64,000 nt of DNA from Hydrolagus colliei. Taxonomy: Eukaryota. Every line of letters begins with the position of its first letter. Within the stretch, counting starts at the first letter, position 1. The stretch is from contig CM068748.1 of NCBI GenBank assembly GCA_035084275.1, positions 19,406,001 through 19,470,000 on the forward strand, in the 5' to 3' direction. Positions 13,450-27,500 of this stretch are shown here, piece by piece. Made by a program: the position numbers and the translations under genes. The notes beneath the pieces are model-generated. The model made no database searches. It saw only the letters and a list, made by a program, of their open reading frames with translations, and was not told where the DNA came from.

Positions 13450-14015
13450 GTTCTTGGCTTATACAATATGTAGCGCTTCTCGCCTTGGGAGGACGTCTCA
13501 AAGCACTTCACACATCCGGTTCGGCACCTAAGTTCGGGAGGTTGGAGGGAAGGGATGGAGCTGAAGAGAGTGAGGTTTAAGATGACCAAAATTGTAGTCA
13601 AGGAGGCAAGTCTTGAGGTTGGCTTTAAAAGTAGGTGGGGGGAGGAGGGTGGGGGGGCAGGGAGGCAACGGGGCATGAGTCAGTGGTCTCTGTGATGTGG
13701 TTCCAGAGAGCAACAACAGAATGCTGAAAGCTTTACCAATGTTAGTGGGGCAGAGCAGTTGAGGCACATGAAGCACGCTAGGGGTTGCTGAGAAGAATGA
13801 GTGACTGGGTCAGTAAAGGTGTTGGAGGTCACAGAGCTGAGGTGGGGGTGGTGGAGGGTGGAGGGCAGGGAGGGACTTGAATGCACGGATGAGGTTCCTG
13901 AAATCGATCTACTGGGGGATGTGGAGCCAGTGGAGCTGAGCGAGGATGAGGGATGGCAGACTCACAGAGCCTGGTGTGGGAGAGAACACACACCAGAAGT
14001 TTGGGATGGCTTTGA
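13450..14015 (-). mobile_element. L2 3' fragment
   Basis: Reverse complement of L2 tail (tgtagcgcttctcgcc...ggacgtctcaaagcacttcaca) and FKANLKTCLLD-like region. Confidence 0.75.
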
Positions 14016-17000
14016 TTACATTGTCCTAAAACACAAACAAAAATGGCAGATCCACTTGGGTGTCGAATAAGAAACTGGTTCAAACAAAAAACAGATTTCC
14101 AAGTTCCTAAATTGCATAACTCTTCATGGATCAATGCAGTAATGGATGAAGCCAAACACATGCCTACTTTGGTTCCAAGATCAACCAAGAGTTAGTTTTG
14201 AGCCAAGTGTATTCACTGCTTAGTGCAAAACCAGTTTTCGTTTTGGGGAAGGTAAAAGTTCATGGAACGATCGATTGCTGTTTCAATATCACGCATAATC
14301 GGCTCATTAGACCTCAAATTCTGTAGATCTTATCCACGCTTGGCTGGCTGATAAGAAAGGAATTTTATGAAGCTCAGCTCAATGTTGCTTACACAGCAGC
14401 CCCTACTTTGTATTGGGGTAAACTTGGGGCCCCAGAGTGTGCATTATGTTGGCCGGAGTTGATCCAGCACGCCAATGCTTGGGTCTTGGAGCCGAGCTAA
14501 CATCTTGCTTCATTGCAAAACCCGTTTCACAGATGTTCTAACTATTGGGCAGGCGGGATAATAGCAAGCTGTGGCGACATGTGTGGCGAGATCCATTGTT
14601 TTTCTGTACCCGACACTATCGGGGCATTTGGGATATTAATGCATTCTGCCGTTTACTACTGAGCACGCTTCTCTCTCAGGTACATTTTGGTCAATTATCC
14701 AACCTGCCTGTCTGAAGCAGTAACCTGTCCAGCGCCTTGGGATGTCCGCCTGACGTGAAAGGCGCTATACAAATGTAATTTTGTTGTTGTTGCCTTTGGG
14801 TCCTGAAATCAATTGTTGGCTAGTGACTGAAAAGTGGGAATCCAAGGCGACAGAGAATAAGCCAGAGGCCACTGAACAGAGAGAGTAGACAAATCAGTAT
14901 GAATTCAGGAGGTCGAGTCAGAACAGAATTGATGAAATGCACAGGTCATCTCACCTACTTCTACTGATGAGGAGGGAAGCCAAACAGAAATCAGGACAAA
15001 GTGGAAGAAGACTTGCTCTCTTTAACAACCTTTTCCTACACAAACTGAATGTGGGCTGTCTGTGAAATGCTACACTTCCAGCAATACAGGCCACCAACAG
15101 TTGTACTGATGTCTGACGAAAAAATTATTTCTTTATACAACAACTTGTAAATTATATAGCAACCCTCATGCGAGGTAGGATCTTGGGAGCATTTCACAGT
15201 GGCTTAGCCAGGGGAGGGAGGAGGTGACTCTAAGCACGGTGAAAGAGGAAGTTCTTCAGTCATGATTTAAAAGGAGGGAAGGAGGGGGCAAGGCGGAAGG
15301 ATTGAGGTAGAGAGTTCCAAAGCTTTGGGGCACAGTGGCTGAATTGTGGGGATGGGGGTAGCAGTAGGCCAAAGTCAGCCGTGTGAAGGGGGTGAGTTTG
15401 TGGATTGGGGAGAAAGTAGGTCAGAAAGGTAGAAGGGTGCCAGAGCAAACAACATAATTAAATAATAACAGTGGGGCTATTTTGCTTTTATGTGTAGTGA
15501 CTATGTACTTGTAGTCAAATATCCGAAAATGGGTTTGTAGGCATAACGTCGGAAATACAATAATTGTGGTCCTAGAAGTAGTTATCTTTCATTAAAAGTT
15601 TCCCGTTGCCTGAACCACCAATTATCTGAAATGCTAACTGATGTCTCAGGAGTGAGGCAGAGGGGCTTCGGGGGGCGGGTTGGAAATGGGAGGATCAAGA
15701 AAAAAAAGATCAATGAAAGAGCAGAGCAACACAAAAATACAACTACCAAGAAGAGAAAGTGAAGCATTTAATATAACCTCAACAACATTTTCTATGTAAT
15801 GAGGAAGTTCAAATCCACCACACAGTAGAAGCATAAAAGCTTTTTAGCTGGCCATATTTTGGTGTTTGCAGGTAATGTACTATAAATTCTGAAGAGCTGT
15901 GACCCAGCGATAGACTCAGAAACCCAGAACTGCCTCGAGGATCAGGCAGGCGATGGGAGTCTGACAATTCACACAGCTTCAGGAAGCGTCTGGTTTCGAA
16001 CTGATAGCTCGACTACAGAGAGACTTCTGTGCTCCTGCTTTCCTGCACAAGACATCTTGAGAGTCTGTGTCTCCGCCAGGACGCACTGGGCCCTCTGTCG
16101 GGCGGCTAGCTCACAAGCACTAAATCACTCTGTGCCTCAGCGTTCTGGAGCAAACAATGAAACCCTGATGTAGGGTTTTTTAAAAAAAAAAGAAAATAGA
16201 GCATGTCTGGCTAAATACAGAGACTGAAGCATATAATTGCATCCGAGTCCTGTGGCAAGAAGTACAGACAATCCTCTGGGCTTTTCTTTAAACACCAGCA
16301 GAGGGGTCTAAAACGATAGCATTTGTACTGTGATGTTAGGCCATCATGATAAAAGATGGGCCAAAATGGACTGGAGATGCTGATATTATTAGTGGTCTGA
16401 TTTAATCTTCCTAGTGGCATTACAAAATGTACTCAATCTGTGCCAGTCTGCTAAAGTTCTGCAGGGACCATTTTATGTACACACATTTTGGCAGACTTCA
16501 CTCTGCTCGGTAGGGTGTGTGGCATGAATAGTACACAGAGCAGTTGAGGTAAACCTCCCCCTCCCCCTATTTTTATAACCAACTAGAGTTATAAATTCCA
16601 TGACTCCGATTTCATTAAAGGGAAGAGTTTGAATTTTCACAAAGCATTCTTTTCTTTCTTTTTGGTCAGTTGGGTGTCTTGGCACACGCAGAGACCCATC
16701 ACCGTGCTTGGTAGTATCCAATCCAAACCCAAGTGGGAATTCCATACGGCCCACCTACACATGGAAATCCCAAAGATAGATTGATGGAACGGAATGCGCA
16801 CTCTCTCCCTGGAGTGATGCATCTTGCTTACCTAATTCTGGGAGTTATTTGGCATAGGCTGGCAAGAGCGAAGCCTTGAGGACCTCAGAGTGTGCGTTAG
16901 GAGTACCTGCTGAAGTCTGACCAACTAAAAGTATTTCGAATAGCGGCAAAAAAACATTCAGTCATGATCAAGAAACGTAAACTTCTCGCCTACATCACAC

Positions 17001-17729
17001 CTCGCACACCTATCATCTCTATGAAACTCCACTGGACTGACTTCAAGATAATCACAAATCACCTCACGCCTCCTTACCTCACACCTCTGTAATATTCCCC
17101 TACCGCACTCTACTTCTTGCCTCTCTCCAATTTGCAGATTTTGTCCCACGGAAACTATGGATCGATTATTCTGGATATTGGAAAAGAAACTCAATTGGTT
17201 CGAAGCTACAGATTTGATAGCTAAATAACTGAACGAGAAGAACCCCCAAATCATTCACTTACATCATTCTGGTCTGTAACGCTCAGTGGCTGCACAAGTA
17301 ACTTCACCCACAAAGGCAATTTGCTCACTAATGCTTATGTGATCAAAACGGAACTGTAGCACCTTGACAACATTTTGTTTTGCCCATAAATTACACAGTC
17401 ACTCCACTTTACAATGTAAGCTGTCTTTGATTTCTCTCAACAATGTTATAAGGCACTATATCAAATCTAATGATTATTATTGACACTATCCTAGTTCCCA
17501 GCAGTATATCTGATGTTTGCAGTGATTGAACAAAAACAACAAAATTATATTTGTACAGCACTTTTCATGATCAAAGGAGAATAATGGTATGAGTCTTACA
17601 GTTTAATTTTGTATTGATTACTAGTTTCCCTCTTCCGGTGTCCTGGCACAACAAACCCTCAAATGAAATTGGTCCCTCACTCCATGGCTGTGTGGAAACT
17701 GGCTGCCACTATTCGCCCACAAAATACTC

Positions 17730-18135
17730 AGTCACTCCACTTTACAGTACATGTGACGCACTTTGAAATGTCTCAATGAGTTAATACTGTAATATGAAAG
17801 TATTATTGTGAACTCTGCCGCACAATTGCCCACAGCAGTGTCCAACAAACAGCAATCAAGTGAATGACCAAATGAATCGGAGGGATTGTTAGTCAAAGCA
17901 CCAGGAGAAACTCCCTTCTCTTTTTCAATTAATGCCACAGAATGTTAAATGCCCACCTGAATGGGAAGACAGGATCTGGGTTTAAACATCTTATCTGAAG
18001 GACGATACCTCCAGCAATGTGTCACACTCCCAGGACTGCACTGAAGTGTCAGCCTAGACTGGAAATTCAAAGTCTTGACGTGCATGAAGACACGGACGTC
18101 TGACTCAGAGGTGAGAGTGTTACCGACTCAGACAG
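17730..18135 (-). mobile_element. Deu-domain SINE
   Basis: gccacagaatgttaaatgcccacctgaatgg...catcttatctgaaggacgatacctcc = reverse complement of Deu core. Confidence 0.75.
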
Positions 18136-19833
18136 TTTTAAGGACTCTGATTAACAAATGGAGTGTGTGAGAGAAAGAAGATGATTCATTCCAACAATTC
18201 TTCTACCTTCACGCTGTTCACTAACCTTCCCTTGAGAGTTTGTGGATTTGGGATTTTTTATTTGGGGATATTTCTGGAGCAAATATTTTTAAAAAGCCAC
18301 TACACTTGTGGGTATTTGCTTATTAGGTGCTTTGAGCCTCCTACAAAAATGCAAGTTCTGTTTTTATTAAAACCGTTCTTTACTGTTCGTAGGCAGAACA
18401 GAGATTCAAAATGAATGCAGCTGCACTTGATAAAAAATGGTTAAAGGATCAAGGGGAGAAGCTCTTCTCTAATAAACTGAGGCTTTAGGGAATAATTATT
18501 ATCAATTATAGTAGTTTTCTTTCCTAGCCAACTGAGCAAAGTTGCTGGAGTCCACTAAAGGAACGTCATTCCGCTTTTACTGAAGCAAAGAGAAGTTTTT
18601 CTAAAAAAAACTTCCATTGTAACGGAAAAAAAAGTTTTGACAGTAAAGCACTGGATTGCCAGATTGGACTATGAACTTAAATCCAAAAGCTAAGCATCCA
18701 TGTTCTTCCTTGTTCCCAGTGCCACAAATGGTAAATGTGATATTTCTTAAGATTCATAGAATATTATAGCACAGGGAAAGGCCATTCAGCCCACTGCGCC
18801 TGTGCCAGCTAAAAGAGCGAACATTGAGAAAAATGCTCAGGCGTTGCACGTCAATTGCAAATTAGCCCCAAGTTCCTCATGCCTCTATTTTATGTTTCCA
18901 AACTGTGGGTAAACCAGCGTCAAGATTACAATTGAATTGAACAATATGCAAAAATTCTGCAAAAGCTTAAGTGAAAGTCAATGATCTCAACGCCATGACC
19001 AGCAGAAATGTCTGGTCTCAGGAGAACAAATCACAGGGGGTCCCAGGTACAACTTGATCAGATCAGCTTGTTTGGTGCAGACTGGGACCTGGGGAGCTAC
19101 TCGAGTACGTCACTGATATCTCACAGGCTTTAACTGACTCTCTGGTATCAGTATTTTACAGGGTACATACTGTGTCTGCAAGTTTGCAATTAACAGCTAT
19201 TACCAGTTTTACGAGAGTTCCATTGAGTTTTTGCATGTCAGCTCCATTACACAGTCTGAGCTGCGCTCAATGACATTCACAGGGCGTTATACTCCCATCG
19301 GATGTCAGTACCACAGAGTTACTAGAAGCTGCAGAAAATTTCGGGGAAATTGAGGGACGTACTGTTACAATAAAGATCAATTTTATAGACCCAAGTGCAG
19401 AGGGAAGCTATTCTTTCCTCATCTGTTTCACCTTAAAATGTCGTTTTAAAGTCCACCTGATTTTTATAGACAATGGAACCTTTTACTGGGACTAATTCAC
19501 CAGCATTGGACCTGGTGTGTGGAAGTGGTACAATGTTATTCTGTTCAGCAGTGAGAGTTCAGTCTTTAGAGTGACGTTTTTCATTCATTGACAGGCTGAG
19601 AATTCTTTCACCTTCCAACTACCACACCTACATGCTTCCGACAGTTACAATTCACTGAATGATTCTGCATTGATAGTACCCAAACACTGTAAACACTGAG
19701 ATCAAATGCGCCAAACTCTCTTTTCATCTGAACCTCCCTCGTGATCACTATTTTTCCCTGGATTTTCATTGAGCTGAAGTCAAGACTTAACAATTTTCAA
19801 CTCTAACTCATTCTTTCCTAGAATATTAAGACT

Positions 19834-20140
19834 GCTGGACAAGCAGAGGGAAAGCTTGCCAGACAGTGCTATCAGTGGCAAAGTATGCGGTTTTAGCTGG
19901 TTAGATTCCAACGGAACCTCAACTCACACTCTGGGTCCCCCAAGCCTTGCCTCTTGCCAACCTGCACCTAATAGTTTCCGGAATTAGGTAAGCAGAATGA
20001 ATCCCTCTAGGGAGAGAGTGTGTGTTCCATTCCAGCAATCTATCTCTGCGGGTAGGATGCATGGAATTCTCAGTTTGGTTTGGATACTCTCAAGCATGGT
20101 GATGGGTTTACATCCAGCTGACAAAAAAAACCAAACAAAT
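19834..20140 (+). repeat. Unclassified ~300-bp interspersed repeat (other copies 27328-27660 +, ~16650-16935 -, ~61960-62120 -)
   Basis: Shared blocks gctggacaagca, ccagacagtgctatca, cactctggg..cccaagccttg, ggaatt.ggtaa, agggagagagtg, ttccattcca, agcatggtgatgggttt, ccagctgac + A-rich end. Confidence 0.85.
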
Positions 20141-23100
20141 CGTAAGACTGCGGAACTCACCTCCCTCACTCTTCCCGTCCTCCCACCATCCAAAACCAAA
20201 CTTGGCGTCACTTAACCGCTACATCTCAATTTATTTCAGCCTCTCTCTCTCACTCTTTCCAACCTCGGTGGTGATCTGCACCTTTGGAAGAACATCTCTT
20301 CGCCTGGGTTTCTTAACAAAAAGGGAATCCAAAGCCACATCACCGCAAAACTGGACTGGGAATATTCACAGTGGGAACATTAACAACTTACATCACCCAA
20401 CTTCAGTCTAAACAAAACATGCAAACTGTCGCCCAGCTGCACTGGAACCAAACCACAAAGAAACTAAGATTCAAAGTCGTTGATGTTTGTGGTGGTGATG
20501 GAGTGGGAGGGAGAAAAGGAATGGAATAAGTATCAAAAACACCAAATCCACATTGTCTGTGAAACAGTTTGGTTTGCGCGCTCACCTAGTAAGCAAGCGA
20601 ACTCATATTCATTTCCTGGATGGGATAAAACCTAAGGCAAATTTTCTTACTCCACATGCCTCTGTACCCAGCACTAAGTAGAAACCTGGATGTTAATCGA
20701 TTGGCGGATCATTTTCCATGTGTAAGAATTCCGAAAACAAAAAGGGGTCATTGAATCCATGACTGTTTGCAGGATACTGCTGTGCACAATTGGCTGCTGA
20801 ATTTAACTCACAAAATACACAGTCAATCCACTTTACAACACATAATGTGAAATGCTGAACGATGTGATAAGGCACTGTATCAAATACAAGGATTATTATA
20901 TTATAACCAATTGACTGAAAATTTAAGATGATACAGAATATTTAATGGTCTTAAGGCTAAGACCAAGACAAATTTGGACCTCAATAGTTTTACTTCTGGC
21001 GTATTTTCCTTACAAATTGTTCCAAGGGAGCTTGCAGCACCTCCATTTGAGTCTGTAAGGCTAAGGCATTTTGGAATGAGCCATAAGGAGATCTAATCAA
21101 TCAGCTTTACCAATGTCCTTGCATAAATGGCTTTGACACGACTTTATAAATATTTCCCATGCGGTAATTTAGAGCAAAGGCACTGAGGCACTGCTGCAGA
21201 AAGCTGAGTTGAACATCAATATACCAGAGAAAAGCAAAGCAGCAGAATAAACATGCAGTAGAAAAAAAACTGCAGAATGTGCATCAAATAAAGATTCCTG
21301 TAATTTTCTGGTAAGAGATATGTAACCTATAATTTTTCTTGCATTCGATATTATGAAAAAGGAATTTGCTACTTAGACCCTCCTTACCGCCCCCACAGTT
21401 CTGAAAATGCCAGTAGGTATTCGGTTTGCCGTAATAAAACAGCATGATAAAAGAACAATCCATAAAATCTATAACTTCGGTATCCAAAGGGTACCAGTGC
21501 TTGCTGACTGTGCATTCACTGATTCTCACATTGCCTTCATTACAGAACTGTAGGCCAAAATCTAAGGCCTGCAATCCGACACGTCTCATCTGAAAGACGG
21601 CATCACCAACATTGCAGGATTTAAACCCACAACCTTCTGACCTGCAAGTGAGAGCGCTACCAACGAAGCAAACTGACACACAAGCATTTGCACAAGAGAA
21701 AGAATGAAGCAATCAGCCAAAGGTCCTGTTAGGATGCACAAGAAGGCACTATATCACTCAGATGTAGAATGGGTGGAATGGATAAGTAAGGAATACAGCA
21801 GCAAATTAGGGTTCCCATTCAGTCTGCCCTGGACTGGAACACAGGCACCACAGCTGAGCAGATCTTTGCCAAAGTGGTCAACTATTGAGGTACATGTTCA
21901 GTCTCACTCAGTCAAACAAGCTGGATAAATGCACCAGAGTTATTCAACTGATAAACATAGAGTTCCACTGGTTAATGCAACAGAATCTTTGTGGAGCTGC
22001 TTCCCGGTCACACAGAATTTTGCTGCTTCTGAAAATCAATCTGTGGCTCCTGGAGACTGAGATCTAATCAATCAGCCTTCTATTCCTAGCGTGATAGTAT
22101 TCTATTGACAAACAAAAGCAAAGAAACCATGGCTGACTGAGCCAAGTGCAAGAATCGTTGCCTTTGTACATTGAGATAACCTTCACTGGGCTGCCAATAC
22201 TTATCTCAATTGTCAAGTCCACCTCTGCCCTCACCCCATGTAGACAAAGATTGCTGAGCAGTGATGAGTAGCAGGGACCTTGGCTGATCAGCTAACTACA
22301 CACAGGCTGGGATCAATACCTGTAACCTCTGGCATGTAATGTCCAAGTGGTTGATTAAGATGTTAACTTTGGAAACTAATGGGGTTCTCCCTGCGCCAAT
22401 TCAAACAATGCTCCCTGTGTAAGGTTTTTATGTGTCAGCTTGGCTGGCTCAGTGGTAGTGTTCTTGCCTCTGAGTAAGAAGGTTGTGGGTTCAAATCCAT
22501 CATCAGGATTTGGAAAAGCATATCAGCAAAAAACTCATCTCTCTATCTGATAATAATCCCTTGAATTTTTTTTTGGCAATCTCAAACCACAACTGTATGT
22601 GGGACAATGCTGTCAGTAATTGGCTACTACGTTTCGCCCACAAATATACAGTCAATTCATTTTACAGTATATTATGTGAAGCACTTTGAATCGTCTACAA
22701 GACGTGAAAGCGCTATATCAAACGCAAGGATTATAACTGAAATAAATAACAACATCTTGCATTTATGTAGCATCTCTCATGCAAGGTCACGTCCCAGAGC
22801 ACTCGACTGAAATCAATAAGTAAAGGACTCCTGCTGTTTGGAAATTCAGTAACAAAGGAGCGTAAAGTAGGGAACGTCATCGGATGAGCTAAGTGGAGGA
22901 GGCTTGAAGAAACGTTTTTGTGCGGAAGACTACCAGAATGTGGAATTCTTTGCTCAAACTGCTACTGTTACTGAGGCCACCACATTTCAAAGGGAATTGG
23001 ATACCAATTTCAACAACAGAAATATAAAGGCTGCAGAGAAAGTGCAGGCAACCAGAGCAGTGAGCTCCAGTAGAGAACCTGGCATCAGCTTAGGCGCGAT

Positions 23101-23182
23101 GGGCCAAATTACCACTCTCCTGTGGTGTAATTTCTGATTCCAAAATCGATTCTGAAAATGAACCAGGCATTTAGTGGTAGAC

Positions 23183-23573
23183 TGTGGAGTCTTGTACCGT
23201 GCAGTTTAGAGCACTCGCCTTGCAAGCAAGAGGACCTAAGGTTCAATTCCCGGGCAGGGTGACACGTAAGGCAAGTTTCCTTACTCCACACATATGCCTT
23301 GGTTTACCTAACAGTAAGTAGGTGCCCGGTTGTTAGTCAATTGGCGGTTTGCTTTTCCAGGGGTAATAATCACTTCAAAATTAAATAAATAAAATAATAA
23401 TTTGGTTACTCAATCCTGGAAGGTTTGTGAGACACTGCTGTACATAATTGGTTGCTACGTTTCGGCCACAAAATATACAGTCATTTAACTTTACAGTATA
23501 TTCCGTGAAGCGCTTTGAGACATTTCGACAATGTGATAATGCTACATCAAATGCAAGGATTATTATTATTATT
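23183..23573 (+). mobile_element. tRNA-head SINE, long form
   Basis: Head, extra internal segment ggtttacctaacagtaagtaggtgcccggttgttagt..., common 3' body and (TAT)n tail. Confidence 0.88.
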
Positions 23574-24490
23574 AGCATGTTGTAAAGGAGTTACCACAAC
23601 ACCAAATGCAATGCAGGTCCCGACAATAATTGGGTCCTCAAGCCTTTAGGCTTTGCAGCCTGTGAAGCCAGGAACAACTATTTCTAAGGGCAGAGACAAG
23701 GTTGAAATCATTTTCCAGCTGAATCGAGGGCCCCACAGCAGTTGGCACAGGTTTGGTTCTGGTTTTGGCATCTGCTCTGCAGTTTGGGAGCTTTGCTTCA
23801 CAAACAAAAATAAGCAACACAGTTACTGCAAGAGAACAACATGTTTTGCTGGGGCACTCGCGGGCTTGCTTGGGCTCTCCTATTTTTAGGCATTGTCTAT
23901 AGAACCTCCCTATGTCTTCAAACTGCTTACTCCCCAACCCAACGCCTCAGCTTGACTGGCACTTTTGTGGTCTCCGTTCCACGGGCTTTCAGCTACTATG
24001 CCCCAAACTCTGGAACTCTCTTCCTCTATCCCTTTGCATTGCCCCCTCCTTTGCTATCTTCACGTCACAGCTGAAAACCTTCCTCTTTGACCATGCCTAC
24101 AACCACCTCCCCTTTCCCCCTGGGTCGGTGTTGCTCTGGGATGCTACCTCGTGCTGGAGGCATTCTGTAAATGCAAGTTGATATTGTTGTATTGGTGAGC
24201 AAAGAAAAATCAACTCTATGCAGGCAGGAGGCACAGTTTAAAACATTTTGCAGACACGTACATTCCTGTATCACATACAGTCCATGTCAGACCTTTCTAA
24301 AAACCTATGTATTGCTGGAAGAAAAAGGACCACTTTTCATCTAGTTCGCCTTCTACCATCCTCGTAGTCACATGCTACAATAATGGAGAGATTGATGGCA
24401 TCTAATTCTGTATGGATTAGTCTAGAACAGAGTGGAAACTTTGGGAACATTAGATCCAAAGTTACTGTGAAATACAATGAAATGTTCTGT

Positions 24491-24522
24491 ATACGCACGC
24501 GTGCGCGCGCACACACACACAC
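24491..24522. repeat. Alternating purine-pyrimidine tract (CG/CA), potential Z-DNA; similar tract at 33599-33627
   Basis: atacgcacgcgtgcgcgcgcacacacacacac. Confidence 0.7.
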
Positions 24523-27500
24523 AAAATTGTCAATGCTGACATGTGCCTCACCATGCTGCTCAAGTCATGCAGCTGTTAAATTATGGTGATGCAGGAGGGT
24601 CAAAACACCACTGGACAACTGGTGTCACTTCAATTAGACACCACAAAACAAAGCTGCAGAACCTGCTATTGCAATTACGCAAGTGTTGCCAATGGAGTCA
24701 TGGTTTCAGCCTGGCTCAGTTGGTAACATTCCCCATCTCTGAGTCAAAATATTCGGGGTTCAAGCTCCACATTGGGTTTCGAGATCACAGTCTAAGCTTA
24801 ATGTGGAAGGCCATCCTTTATAAGAATAATCCTTGCATTTGATATGGCACTTTATCACATGGCCGAGACGTCTCAAAGCGCCTCACAGAAAATGTTTAAA
24901 GTGACTGTATTTTGTGGGCAAAACACAACAGCTAATTATGCAGAGTAGTGTCCCCTCCATCAGTTGTGGAATCAGCGACCAAACATTTTTATACAAGAAC
25001 TACATAAAGCTGACTTCCACAGTAAGATGGCATTTAGCAATTTTCCACTATTCTGCACAATGTTAAAGTTTAAAGACAATATGGCCTGAAGGTTAAATAT
25101 CAGACCTGAATCACTGGACAGACAGAGCTGTCTGTTATCATCAAGTTGGCTTTGTGACCGGTCCTCTTGCTGCTTATATATTTTGGGAAGTTATTGTGGT
25201 TAAGACACACACACACACACTAACACGTACAAGGATACACTAAGCAAAGAAAATGTTATACCAAGAATATATGCAATTTTCTAAAGATAGGTACTCAGAA
25301 ATTCTGATTGCGCGCCACTGAAACAGTTTATATTTCTCAATCGAGGGGGAACAAGGACAGTACAATAATACACATAGCACCGGTCACAGCTGTCTCCTCA
25401 AAGTGTTTGGTTGCCTGCATTCTGAAACAGGCAGATGGAAACTGATGCCTTGCGGTCTGAGACGGCAAATTTGATTGTGGAACGATTAGAAGCTGTTATT
25501 CCCTATGCCAATAAATCAATTTGCCAAGTCCACAATCACTACAGCAGACAGCAATTCCCTGTGAAGGGCTGCGAAACACTGACATGAAACGCACTGCGTC
25601 AAACGCGCGGATCGTTATTATATTGTTCAATATTTTAACTCCACAGTGAAGGGCTTTCATTTCTCCTGCTGATCAGCCTCTCCGTAAACAGGGTTTCCTG
25701 GGAAAAGAGACAGAAACGAATGCCTTGAGGGCGAGCGCTTTTCACCTGCTCATAACTGAATGCGAAGCCACTGTAGCACTGAGCTCCCGCCTGCTGTAAA
25801 TATTGCTTTTGGCAGCAGGCGGAATGGCACAGGGAAATCAAACATCGAGAGACGGGGGGGAGGGGGGAGAAAAAAAACACCTTTCCCCATTATTGGTCGT
25901 CCTTATATTTAATAAGAGTGGGAGTCTGTCTGCTGGCACCATCATCACGGCCAAAACTGGCTAGAGGATCAACAGAATCTGCTTCCAAGAAATACGAGGA
26001 TTTGTGCACATAATACCAGAGGCATTGCACCTCCCGAGCCACGTATAGTTCAGCCACACAAAAGGCAGAAACCCGTGTGTAGTTCTATACAGTAACAGTG
26101 CAGTTTCGAGGTAACACCCAAACGCCCATGTTTCCTGCTAAGGGCAATGCTTGGAAAAACATTACCCCCCCACCCCCCCCCATCCTCCACCCTCCCTCCT
26201 ACCCCACCCAGAGCAGAGGTCAGAGAATACTGCAGAAAAAAGCTCCATTGTATACCAGGGTGCCATTAATGCTCTTCAGCCCGAGGTAATTCACCAGGGT
26301 TAAAGGGCCACATATGGCTATGATTGGCCTTGAAACTGGTTGAAATATGTTCCATAAGAACACACAGATAAGAGCCTGTCTGTTCTGTAATGCAAATTAA
26401 TAGGAGAGGGAGGATTTTGCTAAGCAAACGCAATAGAGGGGCACTGTACAATTCAATTCATCTGCCTCTCTGTCACTACTTCACTTTCTTCTCCTTCCTC
26501 TGTCGACCACCTCCCCCCGCCCCACCACCCTCACTTCCACCCCCCCATAAGGAATTGTGAATTTCCTCATTTAGAAGCGACGGGGAATTCTGTAATACAG
26601 CCCAATATACGTCTCCATCATCGAGCTACTTCATTCCATCTTATTTCAAGCAGCTGCCTTGTATCAAAACAGCTGCATTCTGAGCCCCAACACCCGCTAA
26701 AAACTGGTAAGAATCAATCGCGTGTGTTTTGGAGCAATCGCCTGCCCTTCCTGGGCCTGACAACCTGCCAGGCTGGCCAGTCGTCGGCGGCAGTGCAATG
26801 GAGTCACGTGAATCCGCCTGGCTGGGCAGCCGATAATAGCCAAGAGGGTCAAAGCCATTCGGACATTTTGGAGCAAGTAGATCAACTTGGTGTGAGCTCA
26901 GCCACTAATCACCCCCGCCACCCTAGCCAGAGGAGGACAGACTGAAGTTAACAAGACTAAGATCACAAAGAAAGTTGGGCCTTTGACGAGGAAATGAAAG
27001 GACTGAGTTCACCTCCAGGAGAGACTAACCTGTAAACTCTCAATGTCTAGCTTCACTCATGAAGAACAAGCAGAGGGACAGCATTGCAGGACAAGGCAGC
27101 CCCTTCAGGGGAAGATGGGAAACACCAGACGGGACCTTAAACTATACTGTTGATGTATGACTCCGCAGAATAATAATAATCCTTGCATTTGGTCTGCTGC
27201 CTTATGATGCCGGAAGGACGTCTCAAAGAGCTTCTCAGGAATTACTGTGAAATGGAGTGTCTGGGTGTATGCAGGAAAACAGGGCAACACAATTGTGCAC
27301 AGCAGTGTCCTACAAACACAAGCACTAGCTGGACAAGCATCGTGAAAGTTTCCCAGACAGTGCTATCAATGGCAAACTATGTGATGTTAGCCAGTTAGAC
27401 TCCAGCAGTCACCCCAAAACCCCAACACGCACTCTGGGAACCCCAAGCCTTGGCTCCTGCCAACCTGCGCCTAAGACTTTACGGAATTGGGTAAACAAGA

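Noticed and set aside
25635-26945. Short ORFs as the missing PALD1 terminal exons or a nested gene
   Set aside because: No resemblance to the paladin C-terminus and no convincing splice-bounded coding pattern
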